Origin: Phyllobates terribilis
Taxonomy: Eukaryota
NCBI RefSeq assembly: GCF_046119375.1
Contig: NW_027362770.1
Coordinates: 194,618,001-194,682,000 of the forward strand
DNA: 64,000 nt
Direction of reading: 5' to 3'
This document shows, piece by piece, positions 35,306 through 55,584 of this stretch. The notes beneath the pieces are model-generated. The model saw nothing but the letters and a program-made list of their open reading frames with translations. It did no database searches and was not told the DNA's origin. The translations under genes and the position numbers were made by a program. Every line of letters begins with the position of its first letter. The stretch's first letter is position 1.

Positions 35306-35983
35306 ACCACCTTGTCCCCGCAGAGCTGTATGATCAGTGCCACCACCTTTTCCCTACAGAACTGTATGATCAGTGCCACCACCTTGTCCCTGCAGAGCTG
35401 TATAATCAGTGCCACCACCTTTTCCCTACAGAACTGTATGATCAGTGCCACCACTTTTTCCCTACAGAACTGTATGATCAGTGCCACCACCTTGTTCCCG
35501 CAGAGCTGTATGATCAGTGTCACCACCTTGTCCCTACAGAACTGTATGATCAGTGCCACCACCTTTTCCCTACAGAACTGTATGATCAGTGCCACCACCT
35601 TGTCCCTGCAGAGCTGTATGATCAGTGCCACCACCTTGTCCCTGCAGAACTGTATGATCAGTGCCACCACCTTTTCCCTACAGAACTGTATGATCAGTGC
35701 CACCACCTTTTCCCTACAGAACTGTATGATCAGTGCCACCACCTTTTCCCTACAGAACTGTATGATCAGTGCCACCACCTTGTTCCCGCAGAGCTGTATG
35801 ATCAGTGTCACCACCTTGTCCCTACAGAGCTGTATGATCAGTGCCACCACCTTGTCCCTACAGAACTGTATGATCAGTGCCACCACCTTGTCCCTACAGA
35901 GCTGTATGATCGGTGTCACCACCTTGTCCCTGCAGAGCTGTATGATCAGTGCCACCACCTTGTACCCTCAGCTGTATGATCAG
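35299..35983 (+). repeat. 36-bp tandem array, ~19 units, derived from the H1 3' processing region
   Basis: Unit CAG(A/T)GCCACCACCTT(G/T)TCCCT(A/G)CAGA(G/A)CTGTATGAT; the first unit overlaps the stem-loop 3' arm. Confidence 0.95.
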
Positions 35984-36130
35984 TTTAGGAACTTCTTCCA
36001 TTAGCGCAGTCTGAACATGCTCATATCCGTGTTTAGATGCAGGAAGCCGTGATCTCAAGCAGCGGGAAATGAACGTATTCTGTCATCGTGGAGGGGGAGG
36101 GGCAGGAGGTGGAGCTTCCACTGAGCAATG

Positions 36131-36712
<582 letters not shown>

Positions 36713-36740
36713 ATCTGCCGGGCACCGAGGACAACACAAA

Positions 36741-36756
36741 GGCTCTTTTCAGAGCC
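36741..36756 (+). terminator. Canonical histone 3' stem-loop of H3
   Basis: CACAAA-GGCTCT-TTTC-AGAGCC-ACCAA; HDE-like ACGAGCTG ~36774. Confidence 0.95.
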
Positions 36757-36830
36757 ACCAAATCCTCCCACAAACGAGCTGATTCTCTCCTTCTCCTCCT
36801 CACTTCCCGCAGTCACTGATGATCACTGTT

Positions 36831-37987
36831 GTCCGCCATCTTGTTACAGGGGTCAGTAGTGTATTAGTGCACTGGGGTCCGTGATCTTGTTACAGGGGTC
36901 AGTAGTGTATTAGTGCACTGGGGTCCGCGATCTTGTTACAGCGGTCAGTAGTGTATTAGTGCACTGGGGTCCGCGATCTTGTTACAGCGGTCAGTAGTGT
37001 ATTAGTGCACTGGGGTCCGCCATCTTGTTACAGGGGTCAGTAGTGTATTAGTGCACTGGGGTCTGCGATCTTGTTACAGGGGTCAGTAGTGTATTAGTGC
37101 ACTGGGGTCCGCGATCTTGTTACAGGGGTCAGTAGTGTATTAGTGCACTGGGGTCCGCGATCTTGTTACAGGGGTCAGTAGTGTATTAGTGCACTGGGTT
37201 CCGCGATCTTGTTACAGGGGTCAGTAGTGTATTAGTGCACTGGGGTCCGTGATCTTGTTACAGGGGTCAGTAGTGTATTAGTGCACTGGGGTCCGCGATC
37301 TTGTTACAGGGGTCAGTAGTGTATTAGTGCACTGGCGTCCGCGATCTTGTTACAGCGGTCAGTAGTGTATTAGTGCACTGGGGTCCGCGATCTTGTTACA
37401 GCGGTCAGTAGTGTATTAGTGCACTGGGGTCCGCCATCTTGTTACAGGGGTCAGTAGTGTATTAGTGCACTGGGGTCCGCCATCTTGTTACAGGGGTCAG
37501 TAGTGTATTAGTGCACTGGGGTCCGCGATCTTGTTACAGGGGTCAGTAGTGTATTAGTGCACTGGGGTCCGCGATCTTGTTACAGGGGTCAGTAGTGTAT
37601 TAGTGCACTGGGTTCCGCGATCTTGTTACAGGGGTCAGTAGTGTATTAGTGCACTGGGGTCCGCGATCTTGTTACAGGGGTCAGTAGTGTATTAGTGCAC
37701 TGGGTTCCGCGATCTTGTTACAGGGGTCAGTAGTGTATTAGTGCACTGGGGTCCGCGATCTTGTTACAGGGGTCAGTAGTGTATTAGTGCACTGGGGTCC
37801 GCGATCTTGTTACAGGGGTCAGTAGTGTATTAGTGCACTGGGGTCCGCGATCTTGTTACAGGGGTCAGTAGTGTATTAGTGCACTGGGGTCCGCGATCTT
37901 GTTACAGGGGTCAGTAGTGTATTAGTGCACTGGGGTCCGCGATCTTGTTACAGGGGTCAGTAGTGTATTAGTGCACTGGGGTCCGCG
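36831..37987. repeat. 46-bp tandem array, ~25 copies
   Basis: Unit GATCTTGTTACAGGGGTCAGTAGTGTATTAGTGCACTGGGGTCCGC. Confidence 0.95.
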
Positions 37988-38727
37988 CTGCGGTTTCTAC
38001 ACAGCAGTTGTGTTTTTGGTGCGAGGAGATGAATTGGTTAATCCGTCATATATGAAGCCGCAGATCCGTGTGGGGGGAGAGGAGTCTGCCGATGTTCTCA
38101 GGGAATGTCCCTCATTAGTGTCTGATACTCCGGACCCTGATTCTCCCTGTGGAGACTGATGTCATGGTCTCCGGAGTATCGGGAGGATGGCGGCCGCTGC
38201 TGGTGAATCTCCTCCACATCAGTGATAACGGCTCCTTCTCCCGGTGGACGGTCCGGTGTGCGGCGGCTCCGGAGGGCAGAACTCCGCGCTGTTCCCGGGG
38301 TTAGAGCTGCCGCTGACCGGATTGTGATCTCCGCAGTGACCGGTAATAATCCTCCGCGGAAATTCAAATCCCCCAACGGATCCTGTGATCAGACAATGAG
38401 CGGAGACCTCGGTGTAGCTCCGCCCACAGCCTTCAGCTGACGTACATAGCCGTCTTTCCTCCTCCGTGTAACCCCTTAATTGCTGGGTTCAGGGTGCGCT
38501 TGTCTACAACTAATGCTTTTCAGGTATCTGTCCGATGTATAATGCCGGGTACTGCCTCTTTAAGAATCCCAGATATGCATAAACCATAGAGTATATGAAT
38601 CAGTAAAGAAGCAAAGCAGTGTATTATCATTATAATAATCATGAAATATAACATGTAAATATCCATTCTACTGCCAAAAAAGGACAATATTAAAGGACAG
38701 ATCGTCCAATGACTAAGAAGGGGAAGT

Positions 38728-43364
<4,637 letters not shown>

Positions 43365-43399
43365 GTAGAGACCCATAACTTGTCAGACAAAATACTTTA

Positions 43400-43900
43400 T
43401 TAACCCCTTTATGACGTGGTACGCAATAGTATGCACCACGTCATAAACCCCGCTTCAGTGCGGGTTCCGGCACATGTCAGCTGATGTATACAGCTGACAT
43501 GGGCCCACAACAGCGGGTGGAATCGCGACCCACCCGCGGCTGTTAACTAGTTAAATGCCGCTCTCAATCTATGACAGTAGCATTTAACTCGCGCAAACCG
43601 GATGCGCATTACTTACCCCTCCCATCGGTGACCCCATCACATGATCACGGGTCACTAATGGGTTGACATGACAATCCGGGGTCTGCAGGAGACCCCTGTG
43701 GTTGTTATTTCCAGATTGCCCAGTTGTCGGCACTCACAGCAAGTGAACATTTCTGCTACACAGAGATCAGATCTGTGTGTAACAAACGATCAGATAACTG
43801 CAGCTTCTAGTGTCCTATGGAGAATATTGAAGAAAGCAGAAAGTGTAAAAAATTTTTTTCAAAAATATGTATAAAAATATAAAAGTATGGAGGCTATGTG
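43400..43900. mobile_element. Probable piggyBac-type non-autonomous remnant, related to ~62830-63510
   Basis: Starts TTAACCCCTT. Internal palindromes (ACATGTCAGCTG...CAGCTGACATG) are shared with the 63-kb copy. Confidence 0.45.
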
Positions 43901-44278
43901 GGGGGCTCATACCGTATATATGGAGGCTATGTGGGGGGCTCATAGAGAACAGCACAGAGTCCTGCCCTCCACAGCAGAGAATCAGGGGCCAGAGTATCAG
44001 ACACTAATGAGGGACATTTCCTGGGAACATCCGCAGACTCCTCTCCCCCCACACGGATCTGAGGATTGATGTGACCAAGCATTAACCCATTCATCTCCTC
44101 GCACTAGTATCCCGTGCAGTTTGTGGCGTTACAATGTGTAAGTGCAGGTGATCCAGTGTCTGTCCTCATACAATCCCCCGTGGACATGTGTGCCCCTATA
44201 CACTGTGGGGTAACATCAGCCCCATGTGAGGACACCCCCGAGATCAGCGGCGCCGGCTCTTGTGGTGACGGTGTGGGT

Positions 44279-44294
44279 GGCTCTTAGAAGAGCC
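44279..44294 (-). terminator. Histone 3' stem-loop of the H2A remnant
   Basis: Minus strand CCAAA-GGCTCT-TCTA-AGAGCC-ACCCAC, followed by HDE-like CAAGAGCCGG. Confidence 0.9.
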
Positions 44295-44331
44295 TTTGGT
44301 TGTGTGGATGATACAGGATCGGCTGCAGCGC

Positions 44332-46491
<2,160 letters not shown>

Positions 46492-49400
46492 CTCTGTTTG
46501 CAATGACTCTATATAATAGATCCCTCTGTGTGTAATGACTCTATATAATAGATCCCTCTGCGTGTAATGACTCTATATAATAGATCCCTCTGCGTGTAAT
46601 GACTCTATATAATAGATCCCTCTGCGTGTAATGACTCTATATAATAGATCCCTCTGCGTGTAATGACTCTATATAATAGATCCCTCTGTGTGTAATGACT
46701 CTATATAATAGATCCCTCTGTGTGTAATGACTCTATATAATAGATCCCTCTGCGTGTAATGACTCTATATAATAGATCCCTCTGTGTGCAATGACTCTAT
46801 ATAATAGATCCCTCTGTGTGTAATGACTCTATATAATAGATCCCTCTGTGTGTAATGACTCTATATAATAGATCCCTCTGCACGTAATGACTCTATATAA
46901 TAGACCCCTCTGTGTGTAATGACTCTATATAATAGATCCCTCTGTGTGTAATGACTCTATATAATAGATCCCTCTGTGTGTAATGACTCTATATAATAGA
47001 TCCCTCTGTGTGTAATGACTCTATATAATAGATCCCTCTGCGTGTAATGACTCTATATAATAGATCCCTCTGTGTGTAATGACTCTATATAATAGATGCC
47101 TCTGCGTGTAATGACTCTATATAATAGATCGCTCTGTGTGTAATGACTCTATATAATAGATCCCTCTGTGTGTAATGACTCTATATAATAGATCCCTCTG
47201 TGTGTAATGACTCTATATAATAGATCCCTCTGTGTGAAATGACTCTATATAATAGATCCCTCTGTGTGTAATGACTCTATATAATAGATCCCTCTGTGTG
47301 TAATGACTCTATATAATAGATCCCTCTGTGTGTAATGACTCAATATAATAGATCCCTCTGTGTGTAATGACTCTATATAATAGATCCCTCTGTGTGTAAT
47401 GACTCTATATAATAGATGCCTCTGCGTGTAATGACTCTATATAATAGATCGCTCTGTGTGTAATGACTCTATATAATAGATCCCTCTGTGTGTAATAACT
47501 CTATATAATAGATCCCTCTGTGTGTAATGACTCTATATAATAGATCCCTCTGCGTGTAATGACTCTATATAATAGATCCCTCTGCGTGTAATGACTCTAT
47601 ATAATAGATCCCTCTGCGTGTAATGACTCTATATAATAGATCCCTCTGCGTGTACTGACTCTATATAATAGATCCCTCTGTGTGTAATGACTCTATATAA
47701 TAGATCCCTCTGTGTGTAATGACTCTATATAATAGATCCCTCTGCGTGTAATGACTCTATATAATAGATCCCTCTGTGTGCAATGACTCTATATAATAGA
47801 TCCCTCTGTGTGTAATGACTCTATATAATAGATCCCTCTGTGTGTAATGACTCTATATAATAGATCCCTCTGCGCGTAATGACTCTATATAATAGATGCC
47901 TCTGCGTGTAATGACTCTATATAATAGATCGCTCTGTGTGTAATGACTCTATATAATAGATCGCTCTGTGTGTAATGACTCTATATAATAGATCGCTCTG
48001 TGTGTAATGACTCTATATAATAGATCCCTCTGTGTGTAATGACTCTATATAATAGATGCCTCTGCGTGTAATGACTCTATATAATAGATCGCTCTGTGTG
48101 TAATGACTCTATATAATAGATCCCTCTGTGTGTAATGACTCTATATAATAGATCCCTCTGTGTGTAATGACTCTATATAATAGATCCCTCTGCGTGTAAT
48201 GACTCTATATAATAGATCCCTCTGCGTGTAATGACTCTATATAATAGATCCCTCTGCGTGTAATGACTCTATATAATAGATCCCTCTGCGTGTACTGACT
48301 CTATATAATAGATCCCTCTGTGTGTAATGACTCTATATAATAGATCCCTCTGTGTGTAATGACTCTATATAATAGATCCCTCTGCGTGTAATGACTCTAT
48401 ATAATAGATCCCTCTGTGTGCAATGACTCTATATAATAGATCCCTCTGTGTGTAATGACTCTATATAATAGATCCCTCTGTGTGTAATGACTCTATATAA
48501 TAGATCCCTCTGCGCGTAATGACTCTATATAATAGATGCCTCTGCGTGTAATGACTCTATATAATAGATCGCTCTGTGTGTAATGACTCTATATAATAGA
48601 TCGCTCTGTGTGTAATGACTCTATATAATAGATCGCTCTGTGTGTAATGACTCTATATAATAGATCCCTCTGCGTGTAATGACTCTATATAATAGATCCC
48701 TCTGTGTGTAATGACTCTATATAATAGATCCCTCTGTGTGTAATGACTCTATATAATAGATCCCTCTGTGTGTAATGACTCTATATAATAGATCCCTCTG
48801 TGTGTAATGGCTCTATATAATAGATCCCTCTGTGTGTAATGACTCTATATAATAGATCCCTCTGTGTGTAATGACTCTATATAATAGATCCCTCTGTGTG
48901 TAATGACTCTATATAATAGATCCCTCTGTGTGTAATGACTCTATATAATAGATGCCTCTGCGTATAATGACTCTATATAATAGATCGCTCTGTGTGTAAT
49001 GACTCTATATAATAGATCCCTCTGTGTGTAATGACTCTATATAATAGATCCCTCTGTGTGTAATGACTCTATATAATAGATCCCTCTGCGTGTAATGACT
49101 CTATATAATAGATCCCTCTGCGTGTAATGACTCTATATAATAGATCCCTCTGTGTGTAATGACTCTATGTAATAGATCGCTCTGTGTGTAATGACTCTAT
49201 ATAATAGATGCCTCTGTGTGTAATGACACTATATAATAGATCGCTCTGTGTGTAATGACTCTATATAATAGATCCCTCTGTGTGTAATGACTCTACAGAA
49301 TAGATCCCTCTGCGTGTAATGACTCTATATAATAGATCCCTCTGCGTGTAATGACTCTATATAATAGATCCCTCTGTGTGTAATGACTCTATATAATAGA

Positions 49401-51248
49401 TCCCTCTGTGTGTAATGACTCTATATAATAGATCCCTCTGTGTGTAATGACTCTATATAATAGATCCCTCTGCGTGTAATGACTCTATATAATAGATCCC
49501 TCTGCGTGTAATGACTCTATATAATAGATCCCTCTGTGTGTAATGACTCTATATAATAGGTCCCTCTGTGTGTAATGACTATAATAGATCCCTCTGTGTG
49601 TAATGACTCTATATAATAGATCCCTCTGGGTGTAATGACTCTATATAATAGATCCCTCTGCGTGTAATGACTCTATATAATAGATCCCTCTGCGTGTAAT
49701 GACTCTATATAATAGATCCCTCTGCGTGTAATGACTCTATATAATAGATCCCTCTGTGTGTAATGACTCTATATAATAGATCCCTCTGTCTGTAATGACT
49801 CTATATAATAGATCCCTCTGTGTGTAATGACTCTATATAATAGATCCCTCTGTGTGTAATGACTCTATATAATAGATCCCTCTGTCTGTAATGACTCTAT
49901 ATAATAGATCCCTCTGTCTGTAATGACTCTATATAATAGATCCCTCTGTGTGTAATGACTCTATATAATAGATTCCTCTGCGTGTAATGACTCTATATAA
50001 TAGATCCCTCTGTGTGTAATGACTCTATATAATAGATCCCTCTGTGTGTAATGACTCTATATAATAGATCCCTCTGTGTGTAATGACTCTATATAATAGA
50101 TCCCTCTGTGTGTAATGACTCTATATAATAGACCCCTCTGTGTGTAATGACTCTATATAATAGATCCCTCTGTCTGTAATGACTCTATATAATAGATCCC
50201 TCTGTGTGTAATGACTCTATATAATAGATCCCTCTGCGTGTAATGACTCTATATAATAGATCCCTCTGTTTGCAATGACTCTATATAATAGATCCCTCTG
50301 TGTGTAATGACTCTATATAATAGATCCCTCTGTGTGTAATGACTCTATATAATAGATCCCTCTGTCTGTAATGACTCTATATAATAGATCCCTCTGTGTG
50401 TAATGACTCTATATAATAGATCCCTCTGCGTGTAATGACTCTATATAATAGATCCCTCTGTTTGCAATGACTCTATATAATAGATCCCTCTGTCTGTAAT
50501 GACTCTATATAATAGATCCCTCTGTGTGTAATGACTCTATATAATAGATCCCTCTGTCTGTAATGACTCTATATAATAGATCCCTCTGTGTGTAATGACT
50601 CTATATAATAGATCCCTCTGCGTGTAATGACTCTATATAATAGATCCCTCTGTTTGCAATGACTCTATATAATAGATCCCTCTGTCTGTAATGACTCTAT
50701 ATAATAGATCCCTCTGTCTGTAATGACTCTATATAATAGATCCCTCTGTCTGTAATGACTCTATATAATAGATCCCTCTGTGTGTAATGACTCTATATAA
50801 TAGATCCCTCTGTGTGTAATGACTCTATATAATAGATCCCTCTGTGTGTAATGACTCTATATAATAGATCCCTCTGTGTGTAATGACTCTATATAATAGA
50901 CCCCTCTGTGTGTAATGACTCTATATAATAGATCCCTCTGTCTGTAATGACTCTATATAATAGATCCCTCTGTGTGTAATGACTCTATATAATAGATCCC
51001 TCTGCGTGTAATGACTCTATATAATAGATCCCTCTGTTTGCAATGACTCTATATAATAGATCCCTCTGTGTGTAATGACTCTATATAATAGATCCCTCTG
51101 TGTGTAATGACTCTATATAATAGATCCCTCTGTCTGTAATGACTCTATATAATAGATCCCTCTGTGTGTAATGACTCTATATAATAGATCCCTCTGCGTG
51201 TAATGACTCTATATAATAGATCCCTCTGTTTGCAATGACTCTATATAT
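46492..51248. repeat. 32-bp tandem array, ~148 copies
   Basis: Unit AATGACTCTATATAATAGATCCCTCTG(T/C)GTGT. Confidence 0.97.
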
Positions 51249-51322
51249 GAGTTTCACTTTTTGTATTGAAGAACTGACAAATTAACTTTTTGATGATATT
51301 CTAATTTAGTGAGATGCACCTG
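51249..51322. mobile_element. Tc1-type terminal inverted repeat fragment
   Basis: ...TTTTTGATGATATTCTAATTTAGTGAGATGCACCTG|TA. Confidence 0.55.
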
Positions 51323-52054
51323 TAGATAAAAGGGTTTCTTAACTTAAATTGACGTCATAGCACAGACCTGCATCAACTCAGCTTGAACAAAACCCATAGG
51401 ACCCTATTCATCAGTTTTTACTCCAGAATTCTGTTATAAAATGCTCAATCGTATAATTTGAATGCAACTGAAGACTATGTAAAAACGTTGCAACTTTTTC
51501 CTTTCTAATGCCATTTTTATCGGTAAGTGGGCCGGGTTGTGATGACTGCTGTTTGGCAACTTCATCATGAGCAGCGTTGGTCGCTACAAATCCTACTCCA
51601 GTCAGTGGCATAGCATGGAGGCGCTGTCCAGCCATCAGACGCTTCTGATGAATATGTCTCTTACTGAATCAGGAGCTGCGTCCTTCACCTCCGCCCTCTC
51701 ATCAAGACATTAATCAGGTGCAGAGTTCTTTAAGGTGACAATGCAGCAATTTAGCTCGAGTAGTTAATATTTTGTATGCATTTATGTACATAAGTGACAG
51801 CCGAGTGCTGTGATGGTCTATTATTATTAGTCCCATACAGAATTCATGAATGGACGGACAGACCTGTGCTAGGCATACGTGAAAATTATTTTATTAAAAA
51901 TGGAAATAGTCTTTCCTAAGTAACATTGGGGTCCCTGGTGGTCCTAACCTCAGCAACTTATGTTTTATCCAATATGACTGTAACAGTGTGTCCCTCCCCA
52001 GCCTGTGTTCATGTACTCTATGTAATGTAGCCTGCTTTAGTGTAAGGGGTGTAA

Positions 52055-54045
52055 GGCTATGTGCCCACCATGCAGAAATGCTCAGTTTCTGCATCTCCCT
52101 GGCAGAAAAAATGCATGCAGATCGTACATGTGGATTGTACATGTGGATTGTACATGTGGATTGTACATGTGGATTGTACATGCTTTTTTCCTGCCAGGGA
52201 CATGCGGATGTGACTTCTCCAAAGCGTTTGATACCGTGCCACACAAAAGGTTGGTATATAAAATGAGAATGCTGGGTCTGGGGGATAATGTGTGCGAGTG
52301 GGTAAATAGCTGGCTGAGTGATAGAAAGCAGAGGGTGGTTATCAATGGAGTAAGCTCAGGGGGTGTCAGGGTTACTAGCGGGGGGCCTCAAGAGTCTGTC
52401 TTGGGCCCTATATTATTTAATATATTTATTAATGATCTAGTGGAAGGGTTGCATAGTAAAATAGCAATATTTGCAGATGATACTAAACTTTGTAAAGTAG
52501 TTAATACAGATGAGGATAGGGCACAGCTACAGGAGGATTTAGATAAATTGGGGAGTTGGGCCAAAAAATGGCAAATGGAGTTCAATGCCGATAAATGTAA
52601 GGTCATGCACATGGGAAAGAAAAACAGCAGTCACCCATACATATTAAATGGGAAACCGTTGGGGAAATCTGACATGGAGAAGGACCTGGGCGTCTTTGTT
52701 AACAGCAAATTAAATTGGAGTGCCCAGTGTCAGGCAGCAGCTGCGAAGGCAAATAGAGTCATGGCATGCATCAGAAGAGGAATAGGGGCATATGATGAGA
52801 ACATTGTTCTTCCTCTGTATAAAGCGCTGGTAAGGCCGCACTTAGAATATTGTGCACAGTTCTGGGCTCCGGTGCTCAGGAAAGACATATTGGAGCTAGA
52901 GAGGGTACAAAGGAGGGCGACTAAGGTAATAAAGGGAATGGAGGGACTAGAATACCCAGAGAGGTTGTCAAAATTAGGCCTATTTACGTTGGAAAAGAGA
53001 AGGCTTAGGGGAGACCTCATAAACATGTATAAATACATCAGGGGGCAGTACAGAGATCTCTCCCATGACCTGTTTATACCAAGGATGGTGACAAAGACGA
53101 GGGGGCACACTATGCGTCTGGAGGAAAGGAGGTTCCTGCACCAGCATAGAAGGGGATTCTTTACGGTCAGAGCCGTGAGACTCTGGAACTCTCTGAGAGA
53201 GGGAGTGGTGATGTCCAACTCACTTAATGAGTTCAAGAGAGGCCTGGACGCCTTTCTTGAGAACAATAAAATTGCATTTTATGCTTAGTTAATTAATCCA
53301 GGGATTTAATCTGACTGCCAGATTGGTGTCGGGAAGTGAATTTTTCCTCAATGATGTAAATTGGTCTATACCACATGGTATAGGAATAGCGGAATAGCTG
53401 CAGTGCACAAGAAATAGGCTGAACTGGATGGACGCCTGTCTTTTTTCGGCCTTATAAACTATGTATCTATGTAACTATGTAATGGTAAAAAATAAATCTA
53501 TACTTACCTTCTGATGGCCCCCGCTGTCTTGCTGCGCTCCGTCCTGGCTTGCCGGCAGCTTGCGGTACACTGAAGGACCTGCCGTCACATGACTATGACG
53601 TCAGCGCAGGTCCTTCAGTCCACAGTGCGCTGACGGCAAGTGAAGACAAGGACACCGCGGGCCATCAGAAGGTAAGTATAATATTTATTTTTTATTTTAT
53701 TCTTTTTTTTACAGGTACTATGGTACCCGGGTCTGGAGAAGAGTCTCCTGTCCTCCACATCCGGGTACCATCCGCACATAGAAACGCATATTATCCGTGT
53801 GTGCAAATGTGCTGACACGGATAATATGCGTTTCAATGCAAGTCAATGGCGGCAATTACGCTGCATGTCCGCAAAATTAATGGACATGCTGAGTATTTTT
53901 CCAGAATGATAATCCGCAGCGGAAATTTTTGCAGCATGTGCACAGCACGGATTATCATTGGGGAACATGGCAGGCCTTCTACCATGCGTTTAAGCATTTC
54001 TGCAGCGTTTTTGCCGGTGCTTAAACGCATGGTGGGCACACAGCC
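52055..54045. mobile_element. Harbinger-type MITE hosting a CR1 insertion
   Basis: TIRs GGCT(A/G)TGTGCCCACCATGC at both ends, with TAA on both sides. Confidence 0.65.
52210..53483 (+). mobile_element. 5'-truncated CR1 LINE, same subfamily as 19088-20173
   Basis: DFSKAFDTVPH...GPILFNIFIND...FADDTKL; open to TAG at 53288; (CTATGTAA)n tail. Confidence 0.93.
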
Positions 54046-54349
54046 TAACAGCGTGTCCCTCCCCCGGCCTGTGTTCATGGACTGTAATGTAATCAGGCCT
54101 AGGTCACCATCTCTTGTTGCATGTAGAGGGTGTGAACCCTTCCCTCATCCAGGGGCTGATCCCAGTAGACAGAACAATAGACTCATGTTTGGCCCAGTCA
54201 GTTGCGTGGGGCCTCCCGACGCTGGAGGGTCTCAGGCTGCGGCCAGATCCTCGTGGCGTGTGTGGATTGATAGAAGCTGCCACGTTGGATTGTGTTGTGT
54301 CCCTCATCTGCTGGATCCATTGAACTCATCCAAGGACTATTTCTATATT

Positions 54350-55580
54350 TTCTCTGGCGGGAGGCGCCCCCGGACTTGTTTCTGCTGTTATATAGCAAAA
54401 GCGAACCAAATACAGAGTATATGGCAAAGAATCAAAAAACTTTATTGTAAACAATATACAGAAAAGACAGACATGATTAAAAAGGACGACACACAGACAA
54501 CCAAACTGGGTGACACATATACAACATAATAATAGATGTTAAATATCTATTGGGACAAAGTGCAAGAAGTGCTCGTATTCAAGGCATTTATGCACTGGTA
54601 CAAAATTATGGCATATTTCATCACTATGGATATGTACCACGTGCCATATGGCCTATAGTGCCCTATGAAAAGATGCTAAACAATTATATTGCACTCTTAC
54701 CCATATTAGATCAGCACCCAGAATAAACAATGACCCCAATGCGTGTTTCGCGTGGTATATCCTATGGCTTCCTCGGGGGGGATTGTTTAATAGGACCTTC
54801 CATGTCTGTTTAAATATACTTTAGGGCCTGCGGTCACGTGACCGGAACGGACCAATCATCTCCTGGACCATCAGCGCATGCACGCTGAACCGCCCGAGCC
54901 GGATGCGTCACGCATGGCCATCAAGGTGAACCACGCATGACAGGGAACCAGGACACGTTGCCATGGCCCCCCAACATGCGCAGACACCATGCAGATGCCG
55001 TGCATGACGCAGAGGCAAGGGGAGGCACAGCACCCACACGCTCGCCAAAGAGAACACAGCAACGCATTTAGACAAGTATAGTAACGCAAGTACTTAATAA
55101 TGCAAAAATGTGTTAGAGTAAGCAGTATCATTTTCCTATATTTGCAACACGATTCTGTCAGTACGAAAATCTATTTTCTTGGTCCAATTTAATTGTTGCT
55201 CGTAGTATCCTCATATTGATTAACCATATGTAGATGATCCATATAGATGGTGCATATAGACTATGGAGGGAGAAAGTTACAAATGACAAAGAAAACAAAT
55301 TAAAATCAACACATACAATTGTATAAAAATACCACAAAGATTATATCTATTAAAGAAATGGGGTAAAGCTCAGGGCCTCATTAAGGCCATTTGGCGTCAT
55401 TGTTCCCATTTCCACTATCCATTTTGTTTTCCCTTTGAGCCAGAAGTTTTTTTACATTTCCACCCCTAATGCCACTATGGATGACATCAATACCACGTAA
55501 CATGAATGGTTTAGCATTTCTCACATGACAGATTTTAAAATGACGTTCTATCGTCTTTAAGGAGGTTGTGTCAGCCACCG
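54350..55580 (-). mobile_element. Penelope-like element 3' remnant (GIY-YIG C-terminus plus pLTR)
   Basis: Minus strand GIDVIHSGIRGGNVKKLLAQRE / WIVEMGTMTPNGLNE...PFL* (stop 55350-52). Hammerhead-like motif at 54724-54789. AATAAA near 54445. Confidence 0.75.
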
Positions 55581-55584
55581 TCCT

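Noticed and set aside
34603-36004. 451-aa antisense ORF and 230-aa sense ORF over the H1 region
   Set aside because: By-products of H1 codon bias and a 36-bp (multiple of 3) repeat.
51411-51635. 74-aa minus-strand ORF in non-repetitive-looking sequence
   Set aside because: No recognisable domain or convincing splice context.
51981-54092. ~47-bp direct repeat flanking the MITE+CR1 block, suggesting a long TSD
   Set aside because: Explained as a pre-existing two-copy ~71-bp tandem with the MITE inserted at a TAA between the copies.
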